Shown here in pieces: positions 52,426 to 62,826 of a DNA stretch of 64,000 nucleotides. Position 1 is the stretch's first letter, and each line of letters starts with the position of its first letter. This DNA comes from Escherichia coli (GTDB lineage: Bacteria > Pseudomonadota > Gammaproteobacteria > Enterobacterales > Enterobacteriaceae), in NCBI RefSeq assembly GCF_013315695.1, contig NZ_CP054355.1; one strand, given 5' to 3'. Made by a program: the position numbers and the translations under genes. The notes beneath the pieces were generated by a model. That model worked only from the letters and a program-made list of their open reading frames with translations, had not been told where the DNA came from and did not search any database.

Positions 52426-53199
52426 TTAAAAATTCGGTTTAAAATCTTCAGAAACGTTCAGGAACTGTTTTGCCAGGTCGTCCTGTGAAATAAAGCCGTA
52501 TGATAACGGGCGAACACTGCCCTGTTTCGGGTCAACCAGCATCATGGCCGGGAAATATTTCACACCGAGGCGCTGCGCCTGCCCCTGGTCAGTCCGGGAA
52601 TCCGGCAACAGCGGATTAATCACGCCATCCACGGAAACGGGAATAACACTCAGACCATAGGTATCCCTGAAGCCATTAATGACCTGCGCCAGTTGCCCGT
52701 CGATGGGGTCCTGCCCCCGGTAAAAGAACATGATGCCGTAGTGTTCAGCCAGTTTCGCAATGGCCTGTCGCTGCTGCGCCTGGTCTGCCGCCAGCTGGTT
52801 CCGGACCGTGCCGTTGTAATGGCTGTACTGCAGGTTATAGTCCAGTTCGGGATGCGCCAGCATGGCTTTTTTGGCGCTCATGGTGAAAAGCCCGGCCTGC
52901 TGAGTCCAGTAATTCTGCAGCCGGAAATATTTCACAAAATTATCCACGCCGGGATACAGAATAGCTTCGTACAGCGCCCGCTTTGTTGCCGTCTGCAGCG
53001 CGGTCAGTTTCTGCATAATGTCCGGCTCCTGACGGGGGGCTGCAGGTACTGGTTTATTTTCTTTTTCCTTCGGATTTATTTTCTCGTTATACCACTGCCA
53101 GCCTGCATCTTTTCCTGACGCCGGAAAAATAAAGCAGCAGAGTAACAGTGGCAGTAATGCTTTATTCATCTTCATTCCTTTCATCACTTTTTCTTTCAT
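52426..53199 (-). CDS. traF: pilus assembly protein TraF (thioredoxin-like)
   Basis: Signal peptide; position and size (about 247 aa from MNKALL). Confidence 0.8.
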   Translation of the reverse strand: MKEKVMKGMKMNKALLPLLLCCFIFPASGKDAGWQWYNEKINPKEKENKPVPAAPRQEPDIMQKLTALQTATKRALYEAILYPGVDNFVKYFRLQNYWTQQAGLFTMSAKKAMLAHPELDYNLQYSHYNGTVRNQLAADQAQQRQAIAKLAEHYGIMFFYRGQDPIDGQLAQVINGFRDTYGLSVIPVSVDGVINPLLPDSRTDQGQAQRLGVKYFPAMMLVDPKQGSVRPLSYGFISQDDLAKQFLNVSEDFKPNF

Positions 53200-53422
53200 C
53201 AGGTTTCTGCAGGTCAGTCAGGGCAGAAAAACAAAAATACAGAATAAACAGAAGCACACCGGAGTAAAGGATAACGAAAGCAGCAGCAAGCATCTCACCT
53301 GCAGTGGTTTCTTTTACCGTATCCCACGACCAGATAATTACCGGGGAAATGACAAACGCTGTAATCAAAAGCCGGATAAGAAAATCAATAAAACGGTTCG
53401 ACGTGAATATGACTTTCATCAT
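53162..53422 (-). CDS. trbE: TrbE
   Basis: 86-aa membrane protein between traN and traF. Confidence 0.65.
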   Translation of the reverse strand: MMKVIFTSNRFIDFLIRLLITAFVISPVIIWSWDTVKETTAGEMLAAAFVILYSGVLLFILYFCFSALTDLQKPDERKSDERNEDE

Positions 53423-53445
53423 TTCCCCCGGTTATTTTCCATACC

Positions 53446-55296
53446 TTACTGTCCTGCCTGTTTCAGCTGGTCAGCAATCTGCTCTTTCACTTTCTGCGTC
53501 AGAACGCCACTGTCCGGGATTTTCTGGTTATTCATCAGGTCTTCGTAGAAGTTAGTGAAATCCAGTCTGTCGAACTGAATTTTCTGCAGCTCATCAACCG
53601 TAATCCCCCGACAGTCAGGATGCTTCGCACGGCCAAAACTGATACGCAGCTGACCGTTGCGCCCCTGCTGCTGGACTATCTGCGCCAGCTTCGAATCAAA
53701 CTGACAGTAGCTGCGTTTTTTCTGCAGACAGACACCCAGCACTTTCTTCGAACAGAACTCTCCGACACTGACGGTCAGTTTGTTTGATTTTGCTTTAGCC
53801 AGGGCCTTTTCATCACTGCTGCATTTGGCCAGCCCGATATCCTGTCCCCAGCCGCTGTCCTTACAGCAGTTGCTGTATCCGGCTGCAGCCTTCTTACAAA
53901 ATTTCGCCTGACCGGTGAAAGCACGGACATCCACCCCGTTCAGCGCCGCAACATCCTTACCTGCTGCGGCCAGTGCCGCCAGCTGAGAAACGGCTTCGGC
54001 AAAATCATTACTCTGCCCGCTCTGAGCCTTATCACATTCGCCATCGAGACAGAAGACGTCTCCCCCACAGACCATCACTTTCCCGGATGTTTTTGACTCG
54101 CAGGAGTACGTGGCGTACTCATGCAGACAGGTTCCCTCATCGGAATAAAACGCGCACTGACGTGAGGCCAGCGTACAGGCCGGATTATCGACATATTTCT
54201 GACAGGTGCCGTTATCTGCGGACTGAGTGACATATTTATCCCGGTATGCCCAGCATGCCTGTGTGATGTTCCAGGGTTTACCTTCCATCACTCCGGTTTT
54301 CGTACCACCCGGCTCTGAACACTCAGTGCCTGTCAGCACGCCATCCGCTTTATTAAACGGACAACTCTCCACCCACTCCACCCGGGGAACCCATTCTTTA
54401 TCACGGACCTTCATCCTGAGTTTCAGCGTAAAGGTGGAAGCACCACTGACAAGCGATTCATAGACTTTCCTGTCACCATTCCCGTGCGGGAGGCAATTAC
54501 CGTTAGCAGTACAGCCACTACCGGTCAGAACCTGCCCCTGTGTCACCTGCAAACCTGTCGCCCCGGACAGGGGGTAAGTATCCGACTGCCCGTTTGCCAG
54601 GCCGACATTAAAGGTTGTATTCATGAAGGTATAACGGGAGTTCAGGAAGAAAAAAGCGGCGTATACAGACAATGATGCACTTTCCACTGTACCGGTTACC
54701 GGAGCCGTGACACTGAACACCAGTTTCAGCCCGTTCATACTGAACCGGAACTGTGAGTGCGGTATCGTCACTTCACGATATTCATCCGTGTATTTCCAGT
54801 CCCCGGTGATACTGGCAGTCCGTGTGCAGTACTCCTCCACCATCGTGTCCCGCTCACAGGTATAGTTTGTGAACTCACTGCGGTTTATCTGCTGCGCACT
54901 GCACTGCTGCCCGGTGTTTCCCACAATGCTGTCAGCCCGGTTCACCACATCCCTGCCGGTCTGAATGAACGGTGCATCCGGTGACAGAATGTCTTTCGGC
55001 TTGTTCATGAAGGACTCTGTGATGGTTTTTCCGGTTTCACCGGTCGCCCATTCCGTGGTGCCGTCATTTTTCAGGCCGCCATCCCCGCCGGCAGTCACGC
55101 CACCGTAATATTTTGTCTCGTCCGGATTCGCGTTATAGCTGGGGATACTCTCCTGTGGCTTAAAGCCCTGAATACTGCCTGTACCCTGCCCCTGAATCTG
55201 ACGGGCAAAATCAGAACCGGCCCGGTAATCACTGTTGCTGTCAGCCTGTGCCATGCCGGCAACCAGAGCCAGTATCAGAGGTAAAATACGTTTCAT
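53446..55296 (-). CDS. traN: mating-pair stabilisation outer-membrane protein TraN
   Basis: 616 aa, Cys-rich, signal peptide. Confidence 0.85.
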   Translation of the reverse strand: MKRILPLILALVAGMAQADSNSDYRAGSDFARQIQGQGTGSIQGFKPQESIPSYNANPDETKYYGGVTAGGDGGLKNDGTTEWATGETGKTITESFMNKPKDILSPDAPFIQTGRDVVNRADSIVGNTGQQCSAQQINRSEFTNYTCERDTMVEEYCTRTASITGDWKYTDEYREVTIPHSQFRFSMNGLKLVFSVTAPVTGTVESASLSVYAAFFFLNSRYTFMNTTFNVGLANGQSDTYPLSGATGLQVTQGQVLTGSGCTANGNCLPHGNGDRKVYESLVSGASTFTLKLRMKVRDKEWVPRVEWVESCPFNKADGVLTGTECSEPGGTKTGVMEGKPWNITQACWAYRDKYVTQSADNGTCQKYVDNPACTLASRQCAFYSDEGTCLHEYATYSCESKTSGKVMVCGGDVFCLDGECDKAQSGQSNDFAEAVSQLAALAAAGKDVAALNGVDVRAFTGQAKFCKKAAAGYSNCCKDSGWGQDIGLAKCSSDEKALAKAKSNKLTVSVGEFCSKKVLGVCLQKKRSYCQFDSKLAQIVQQQGRNGQLRISFGRAKHPDCRGITVDELQKIQFDRLDFTNFYEDLMNNQKIPDSGVLTQKVKEQIADQLKQAGQ

Positions 55297-55772
55297 TTCC
55301 CGGAATCTCCTTTCCCTGCCAGTAAATCATGAGCCACCTGCCGGCAGTCACCCGTGGCGGCCACTTTCTCCAGCGCCAGGCCGACCCGCAGGTTTCCCCG
55401 GATGATGTCGTATCCCTGACTGCAGAACACCACCAGTGCCGGTACACTGCGAATGCCGTACTGTGAAAACAGCGTCGGGTCGATCTGAACACCATCAGTC
55501 GCGCCGTCTTTCACCAGGGACAGCACGGCTTCAGCGGTGGTCTTCAGGTCATTGTTCACCATGCCCCGCAGTGTGGCCGGAATACCGTAGTGCCGGGTTT
55601 CGCCCAGCATCCGTTTCAGCCCCTCTTCGGGAATGGAAAACGACACAAAATACAGGGCACCCTGCCGGGGTTTCCCGTCCTGCGAAGCCTGCTGTTTACG
55701 AACCAGCTCATCCAGAAAATGGTTATCTGAACGCTGAAGGGGGTTTTCCAGCACCTGTTTCTCCGCCCAGGC
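55293..55772 (-). pseudogene. trbC: TrbC, 5'-truncated by IS1
   Basis: Reading frame runs open into the IS1 left end at 55773. Confidence 0.65.
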
Positions 55773-55827
55773 GGTGATGCTGCCAACTTACTGATTTAGT
55801 GTATGATGGTGTTTTTGAGGTGCTCCA

Positions 55828-56103
55828 GTGGCTTCTGTTTCTATCAGCTGTCCCTCCTGTTCAGCTACTGACGGGGTGGTGCGTAACGGCAAAAGCACCG
55901 CCGGACATCAGCGCTATCTCTGCTCTCACTGCCGTAAAACATGGCAACTGCAGTTCACTTACACCGCTTCTCAACCCGGTACGCACCAGAAAATCATTGA
56001 TATGGCCATGAATGGCGTTGGATGCCGGGCAACAGCCCGCATTATGGGCGTTGGCCTCAACACGATTTTACGTCACTTAAAAAACTCAGGCCGCAGTCGG
56101 TAA
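55828..56103 (+). CDS. insA: IS1 InsA
   Basis: 91 aa, [23 protein letters not shown]... Confidence 0.9.
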
Positions 56104-56525
56104 CCTCGCGCATACAGCCGGGCAGTGACGTCATCGTCTGCGCGGAAATGGACGAACAGTGGGGCTATGTCGGGGCTAAATCGCGCCAGCGCTGGCTGTT
56201 TTACGCGTATGACAGGCTCCGGAAGACGGTTGTTGCGCACGTATTCGGTGAACGCACTATGGCGACGCTGGGGCGTCTTATGAGCCTGCTGTCACCCTTT
56301 GACGTGGTGATATGGATGACGGATGGCTGGCCGCTGTATGAATCCCGCCTGAAGGGAAAGCTGCACGTAATCAGCAAGCGATATACGCAGCGAATTGAGC
56401 GGCATAACCTGAATCTGAGGCAGCACCTGGCACGGCTGGGACGGAAGTCGCTGTCGTTCTCAAAATCGGTGGAGCTGCATGACAAAGTCATCGGGCATTA
56501 TCTGAACATAAAACACTATCAATAA
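56022..56525 (+). CDS. insB: IS1 InsB (expressed as InsAB' by frameshift)
   Basis: 167-aa ORF in the -1 frame relative to insA. Confidence 0.85.
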
Positions 56526-56540
56526 GTTGGAGTCATTACC

Positions 56541-57248
56541 AAAGTCCGGGTCATTACGACGTTTAATCAATTCATCTGCAACGAGGAAACTGGTATCACT
56601 GGATGCCATGCGCAATGCACTCATTGCAGCTTTCGTAACTGAAGACACACCAATGCCAGAATTACCATGAATGGCACTTACAGAGTCAAATTGACCAACG
56701 ATAACACCAACATCAAGCGTAGTGCCGCCAATATCAACTACCAGCGATTTTTCGAACTGACCAACTTTATCCACGACCAGACGAGAAAACACAGCTGGCA
56801 ATGATTCAGGCATCACATCAACGTGTTCAATGGTGAAAACATCGCCTTTATTAAGACGAATCGGCCTCATTAAATTCTCAATTTTACGCTGAATGTTGAG
56901 TTCATTTTTTTGACACTCTTTCGTATAGAACTCACTGATAGGCAAAGTCACAGTCAATGATACAGGCTGAGGCGCTAATCCACTATTCAGTAAAGCGTGA
57001 TGCACAGCTAACAGGTTAACATCCGTATATTGATACTCAATATGAGTCGTAAGAATAGATTGGTTGCTAACTTCATCATACGTGTATTTTTTACCATCCA
57101 GTTCATAGTTAAATGTCTGGCGAATTCCTAACCCGTCAACCTTCCATCCATGACGAAATGAGTTTTGCGACAACGACTTACAGATTTTCCCATTATCATT
57201 CCATGCCAACTTGATTGTTGTTGAACCATCATCGCAGTATACGTTCAT
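56541..57248 (-). pseudogene. parM: actin-like segregation ATPase ParM/StbA, 3'-truncated by IS1
   Basis: N-terminal ..DDGSTTIKL.. actin-fold phosphate motif; frame reads into the IS1 right end; no parR follows. Confidence 0.65.
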
Positions 57249-57476
57249 CTATAGCCCCTTAAATACTCAATCTGAGTAAATCATTGTTTCTGGTTGCAAG
57301 GTAATACTCAATTTGAGCACCATCATAGTTATGAAATCACAAAACACAAGTATTATTTATTACATCACATGGCACACTTCACATTTCATACTTCATAAAT
57401 ATGAACACATATTGACACCTCAGGTTACCGTGTCAAAATATCATCATACTTCACACATCACATTTATGAGGTTGCA
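57249..57476. promoter_or_regulatory. parC-like centromere/promoter region shared by divergent par genes
   Basis: Direct repeats (atactcaatYtgag x2; acttcaca-type repeats) between the divergent parM and parA starts. Confidence 0.5.
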
Positions 57477-58121
57477 ATGATTACTGTAGTTGGTGGGAAC
57501 AAAGGTGGTTCAGGGAAAACTACCATTGCATCAAACCTGGCTATTGCTCTCGCAAATAAAGGAAGGGAAGTCTGCCTGTTAAACGGAGATCTACAACGAA
57601 CAGCCGCAAAACATCATGCGGAACGAGAAGCTGCAGGACTGTTACCAGCAATAACCCTTGTTGAGAAATTTGATAACCTGACACAAACACTACAGGCTCT
57701 GAATGAAAAGTTCGATGATGTAATAGTGGATGTCGCAGGAAGAAACTCAAAGGAATTCATAACGAGTGGAGTTGTCGCACATCAAATAATTGCGCCACTA
57801 CAGTGTTCTCAACCAGATCTGGATACTCTTACAGAACTAGAACAACAGATAGACGCAATGCGTAACCTTAACCCGGAACTTAAGGTTTATTGTTTACAAA
57901 GTATGGCAACAACCAATCCGGTTTTGAGGGGAAATGAGAGAAAAGAATTCCTTGAATATCTTGAAGAATTCCCAACAATTCAAGTCCTTGATTCAGTTAT
58001 TTGTTTCAGAAAAGTCTATCGCGATTGCATGAGCAACGGCACCGGTGTAGTAGAAACGAACAATACAGCAGCCAAAGCAGAAATTGAACATTTAATGAAT
58101 GAGGTATTTGGCCCATGGTGA
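57477..58121 (+). CDS. parA: ParA-family partition ATPase (small type Ib, pB171 par2-like)
   Basis: Deviant Walker A GGNKGGSGKTT; 214 aa. Confidence 0.75.
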   Translation: MITVVGGNKGGSGKTTIASNLAIALANKGREVCLLNGDLQRTAAKHHAEREAAGLLPAITLVEKFDNLTQTLQALNEKFDDVIVDVAGRNSKEFITSGVVAHQIIAPLQCSQPDLDTLTELEQQIDAMRNLNPELKVYCLQSMATTNPVLRGNERKEFLEYLEEFPTIQVLDSVICFRKVYRDCMSNGTGVVETNNTAAKAEIEHLMNEVFGPW

Positions 58122-58390
58122 AGAAACCCAGCCAGCAAGCATTAAACAGAGCTGCAGTTACGGTAGAACAAGCAGAGGCTCTGGCTCAGCGCCTTGCGGA
58201 TAAACCATACGGCGCGCCGGAAAAACCCGAACCAGAAAAACAATGTCGGACGACAATCTCTCTTGGTGAAAGCATGCTTGTCACAATAGAAGATCTGGCA
58301 TTGAGGAATAAACGCAATGGTAAAGATCCAAAAAATGTAAGTGCCATCGTCAGAGTAGCCCTTGAGCAATACTTAAAAACACTAACGTAA
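58115..58390 (+). CDS. parB: small centromere-binding partner (ParB/ParG-like)
   Basis: 91-aa ORF overlapping the parA stop (ATGGTGA). Confidence 0.55.
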   Translation: MVKKPSQQALNRAAVTVEQAEALAQRLADKPYGAPEKPEPEKQCRTTISLGESMLVTIEDLALRNKRNGKDPKNVSAIVRVALEQYLKTLT

Positions 58391-58527
58391 TAATCAATAA
58401 GTTATTACTTATGAAATCACACTTGTGAATTCATACTGTTTAAGCACCCTTGCATACAAGAGATCACATATTGCAGTGGTCTCTTTTTTTACAGAATAAA
58501 TCACAATTCATAATTATGATTTATGAA
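58391..58527. promoter_or_regulatory. second centromere-like repeat region (parC2-like)
   Basis: ttatgaaatcaca and aatcacaattcataattatgatttatgaattatg repeats; the former also occurs in 57249-57476. Confidence 0.4.
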
Positions 58528-59337
58528 TTATGCGTGTCTGTTTTTCAGCATTGTGACCGCATCGGACTCAGGCATCGAAAACTGCACCCGGTGCCGTGCA
58601 GCCACATCCAGCGCAAACACCTTCGTGTAGACCTCCGTTGAGCTGATGGACTTATGCCCCATCAGGCTCTGCAGGACCTTCAGTGGTATACCGGCATACA
58701 GCATGTGCATCGCATAGGAATGGCGGAACGTATGTGGCGTGACCGGGACAGAGAACGTCACACCGTCAGTAGCAGCGGCGGCAACCGCCTCCCCAATCCA
58801 GGTCCTGACCGTTCTGTCCGTCACTTCCCAGATCCGCGCTTTCTCTGTCCTGCCTGTTCGTTTATTACGCCGTTCCAGAGGAATTTTCAGTGTTGCCACC
58901 ATCGTCTGCAGCTGACTGACGTACCAGGAGTCGGAGAGCGGAACCAGCCGGTGAGTCTGCTGTCCGGCAGGCGTTCTTCCTGCCGTCCTGGCGGCTTTTT
59001 CGGTCCGCTGCTTCAGAGTGGCCAGCTGCACAAACGGATACGGAGGCGCGAGCGAAAAATCCCCCCGCGTCAGCGCCAGTGCTTCATTAATGCGCGCACC
59101 GGTGTTCCACAGTGTGGCCAGCAGCATCTTGCGGCGCAGATCCGGGACGTAATGGAGCAGGGCACTCACTTCCGGAGCCAGCAGATATTTCGGCAGTTCA
59201 TCATGAACCATCGACATCTGGCGAAGTGCCAGAGCTGCCGGATAATCAATGACAACAGGAAGTTGTGGAGACTGTCCGGCAGAATAAACTGCCGGTACCC
59301 TGGCTGCAGACTGGCTGTGTATAACGGAGCCTGACAT
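58528..59337 (-). CDS. resD: tyrosine site-specific recombinase ResD (multimer resolution)
   Basis: 269 aa with C-terminal R..HxxR..Y catalytic pattern; adjacent to ccdB as in F. Confidence 0.75.
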   Translation of the reverse strand: MSGSVIHSQSAARVPAVYSAGQSPQLPVVIDYPAALALRQMSMVHDELPKYLLAPEVSALLHYVPDLRRKMLLATLWNTGARINEALALTRGDFSLAPPYPFVQLATLKQRTEKAARTAGRTPAGQQTHRLVPLSDSWYVSQLQTMVATLKIPLERRNKRTGRTEKARIWEVTDRTVRTWIGEAVAAAATDGVTFSVPVTPHTFRHSYAMHMLYAGIPLKVLQSLMGHKSISSTEVYTKVFALDVAARHRVQFSMPESDAVTMLKNRHA

Positions 59338-59863
<526 letters not shown>

Positions 59864-60559
59864 AGTACACCTCTTTTTGACATACTTCGGGTATGCATAT
59901 AAGTATATATTATTATGATGCAAAAATCAGCGCGCAAATACACATACTGTTATCTTACTTTTAGTAAGCCTTATTTATTTTACCTTGCGTTATGTTAACC
60001 AATAAAAATCAAAATCTGACTTATAAAAACAAACCGTAATTATCGCATTCCCGTTTCCGTCAGATCCGACTTTCATTAATATCACAACTTTCCGGAAGTG
60101 TACCACGCTGAGAAAATCATCATATCACTGTTTTCCGCCCCTGCGCGGCGCATCACAGGTCAGGGAGATGGCACAACATATAGTGTAATTAACAGCTAAA
60201 TTCAGCACTACATGTTGTGCTGACGGGAGATGGCGCTGTGCGGCGGGAGAGGAAGATCCGTGACTACCTTTTTTCGGATCTTATTAGTGTAGAAGAACGA
60301 TTGTTGCGGTGAGGGGATTATTGCTTAGGAAGCAAAATTCAAAACTGACTAAGCCAGAAATAGCAACAACAAGATAAGGAAATTTTCCCCCTCAGCCCCT
60401 GCATGCCGTGAGGGGGAGCAACTACCCAACTACAGTTTTCATTTTATGATACGTCTTCACTAGGTAATACCTGTGAACTGACAGAGTCTTTACGGAATGT
60501 ATGGCGGACCTAAATTTGATCCCTGAAAACTGTCAGCGCTGCGAGGACGAAGAAAGTAT

Positions 60560-60730
60560 TACGGCTAAAGCCGTAATACCTCCCCATCCAGCTTCAAGCT
60601 ATGTAGAAACTTATGTGGGTAGAGCAGTCCCGACAGGGCAGTACCGCATTGACAGGCCGTCAGGGCCGCTTACGAGCTTGTATGACAAGGGGGGCCTAGC
60701 GAATTATTGTACGGTAAGCCTTTTTTGAAC
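60560..60730. other. structured non-coding element Y (diverged homologue of element X)
   Basis: Shares ccccatcc...cttYtgtg...gtcccgac...ggccgtcagggccgcttacgagcttgta with 29640-29770. Confidence 0.35.
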
Positions 60731-61054
60731 AGCCTTACCTATTGCTATAGAGGGGAACTCCTACGTTATACGCCGCTTTCAGGGGATTCGACCTTAATGA
60801 GACAACTCAAATATGATCGACAACTTAAACGCGATAGTTGCTGATAAAATCAATCCATTACGCGTTTCAATTGATTAAATAATGCACTTAATGTACAAAA
60901 ATTCCCGATCTCAAAACTGAACCCTAAAGATACCAGGCATCTCCCCCAGGAAGCGCCCTCATGCGTTTTCCTGTTCCGCCCCTGCCACCTACCTTCTGTT
61001 ACATACTTGTTGTATTATTGTTTTTGTTTTCAATCCCCAAGGAGACGTCGCTAT

Positions 61055-61222
61055 ATGACTGTGCGGGAGACAGAGGAAAACATTGAACAAATCTTCCCTG
61101 AGCTTTCGAACTTAATTGATATTATTAATAAATGGCTTTCCCATGGAAACATTGATCCTGAACTGGCACACTTCATCATTTATCTTCTTGATTACCTAAC
61201 CACCACACACAAAAGCATATAA
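61055..61222 (+). CDS. small acidic protein (55 aa), unknown function
   Basis: ATG preceded by AAGGAG at -10; followed by a terminator. Confidence 0.4.
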   Translation: MTVRETEENIEQIFPELSNLIDIINKWLSHGNIDPELAHFIIYLLDYLTTTHKSI

Positions 61223-61332
61223 AAAATTTCCTTGCACATCCATTTTTTTGCGAATATTATTATTCCTGCTGAATATGATTCAATATCGCACGCTACTCAT
61301 CCATCCCAGGATAATGAGTTCATAGGTTGAAG

Positions 61333-61360
61333 TCTCAACACCCCCACTACGGGGGTGTTT
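61333..61360 (+). terminator. Rho-independent terminator
   Basis: acacccccactacgggggtg hairpin followed by T8. Confidence 0.6.
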
Positions 61361-61488
61361 TTTTTACCAATAAACACAAATCACACCATCGCCATACTCT
61401 GTTTGCCAGACATCGATTGGTAAATATGCGTAACTCGCTATAATACAAAAAGAAAAATCAGAACCAGAAACCAGTTTCCAGATAAAAA

Positions 61489-61513
61489 ACACCCTCCCGA
61501 AGGAGGGGACAGA
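61489..61513 (-). terminator. Rho-independent terminator (minus strand)
   Basis: ccctcccgaaggaggg hairpin preceded by an A-run on the plus strand. Confidence 0.5.
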
Positions 61514-62047
61514 CACATTCATATTTCCCAAAACAGGAATTTTTATTTTTATGACGCATTAATGAAGTTACTTCATCTCCAGTAGATTAACTTCATTTAA
61601 AGTGGCGATCAATCATATTTATTACGACTCTAAACTATTACAACAACCACAATAAGATATCACCTCAAATATAAAAGATAATTCTTACAAAAACGTTCCG
61701 AAAACAAAAAATACAGATAAACACCAATTAATTCAGAGCAATCTATTGCGAAGAATCAGAGTAACAGGGCCCCATGATATAATCATGGGGCCCTGTTGCT
61801 TTTACAGATGTAAAAACGACCAATCATTTAACATCTGTTATCGGCACCGCCCCGGACGGGTTCGGCGCAAATATGGTATGGTACCAGCCCGGCAATTCAC
61901 CTGCCGTGCAATCTGACGAAGCAGTACCGGCGTATGCAGATATATCGTCCAGACATATCTGCCGCATTCAGGCGGTGAGTAAAGCCTTCTCTCTCAAAAG
62001 AGGAGCAACAGTTATCCACAGATTCTGGGGATAACTGCGAAAAGAAT

Positions 62048-62188
62048 ATGTGCCAGGAAAGTCGGCTCCCGGGAAAAAGACCGCTGGCGGCGCACCTGCT
62101 GGATACGAAAGCTGAGCTGAAAGGATCCCGGGAGGACGTCCGTAAACTTCAGTCCCTGGCCCGTCATGACGGGAAGGCGAAAAAGTGA
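62048..62188 (+). CDS. small basic ORF (46 aa) coupled to the downstream ORF
   Basis: Stop TGA overlaps the GTG start of the next ORF (GTGA); weak RBS. Confidence 0.25.
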   Translation: MCQESRLPGKRPLAAHLLDTKAELKGSREDVRKLQSLARHDGKAKK

Positions 62189-62826
62189 ATGCGGACACCT
62201 GGACCCGCCTGCAGGCCTTCCGACATGCTCTGGAGCTGACTTCCTGTGAGGCTTCTCTCACCGCCGGGTATGATCACCTGAAGGATTTCCCGGCCGGTTG
62301 CAGCGAGCTGGCCAGCCAGACGCTGACTGATTATCTGACGGAAGACGGCAGCAACCTGTACTCCTGTATTGTCGGTATGCAGTGGGATAATGGTCCTGGC
62401 AGATACGGCCACGTCATTGCCGACCCTGCCAGGGACTATATCGACCTAACCCTTGATCAGTTTCCAGGCTATCATAACCGGATTGTGGCAGAGCCCGTTG
62501 AGTCCGGCGGACAGCTCGCGGCAGACCTCAACAGGGAGCCTGCCATCAGTACAGCTGATGGAATAGTGGCCAGCCCATCAGATAAGGTTAATTACATTAC
62601 TGAACAGAAAAATCGCCAGCCAATGGTGATCATTACAGAATGTTACAAGCTGATCAGAATGACGGCAAGATTTATACCAATGTGCCAGTCATCTCAACTC
62701 TTCCAGCACCAGGTATTCCCTCGCTTATTTATCATTTCAGACGTTGGCTCCTGCAGTTTGTCCAGGAACACCTTAGATCGTTTAGCTACTGACTGGAAGG
62801 TGACACTGTCCATCCTGTCGCTATAG
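62185..62826 (+). CDS. hypothetical protein (up to 213 aa; C-terminal extent uncertain)
   Basis: N-terminal 160 aa look protein-like with several Cys and a GHVIAD segment; convergent overlapping ORF on the other strand. Confidence 0.3.
   Translation: MNADTWTRLQAFRHALELTSCEASLTAGYDHLKDFPAGCSELASQTLTDYLTEDGSNLYSCIVGMQWDNGPGRYGHVIADPARDYIDLTLDQFPGYHNRIVAEPVESGGQLAADLNREPAISTADGIVASPSDKVNYITEQKNRQPMVIITECYKLIRMTARFIPMCQSSQLFQHQVFPRLFIISDVGSCSLSRNTLDRLATDWKVTLSILSL

Larger units (their letters stand above)
55773..56540 (+). mobile_element. IS1, complete 768 bp
   Basis: Ends ggtgatgctgccaactta ... aagttggagtcattacc; insA and insB inside. Confidence 0.9.
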
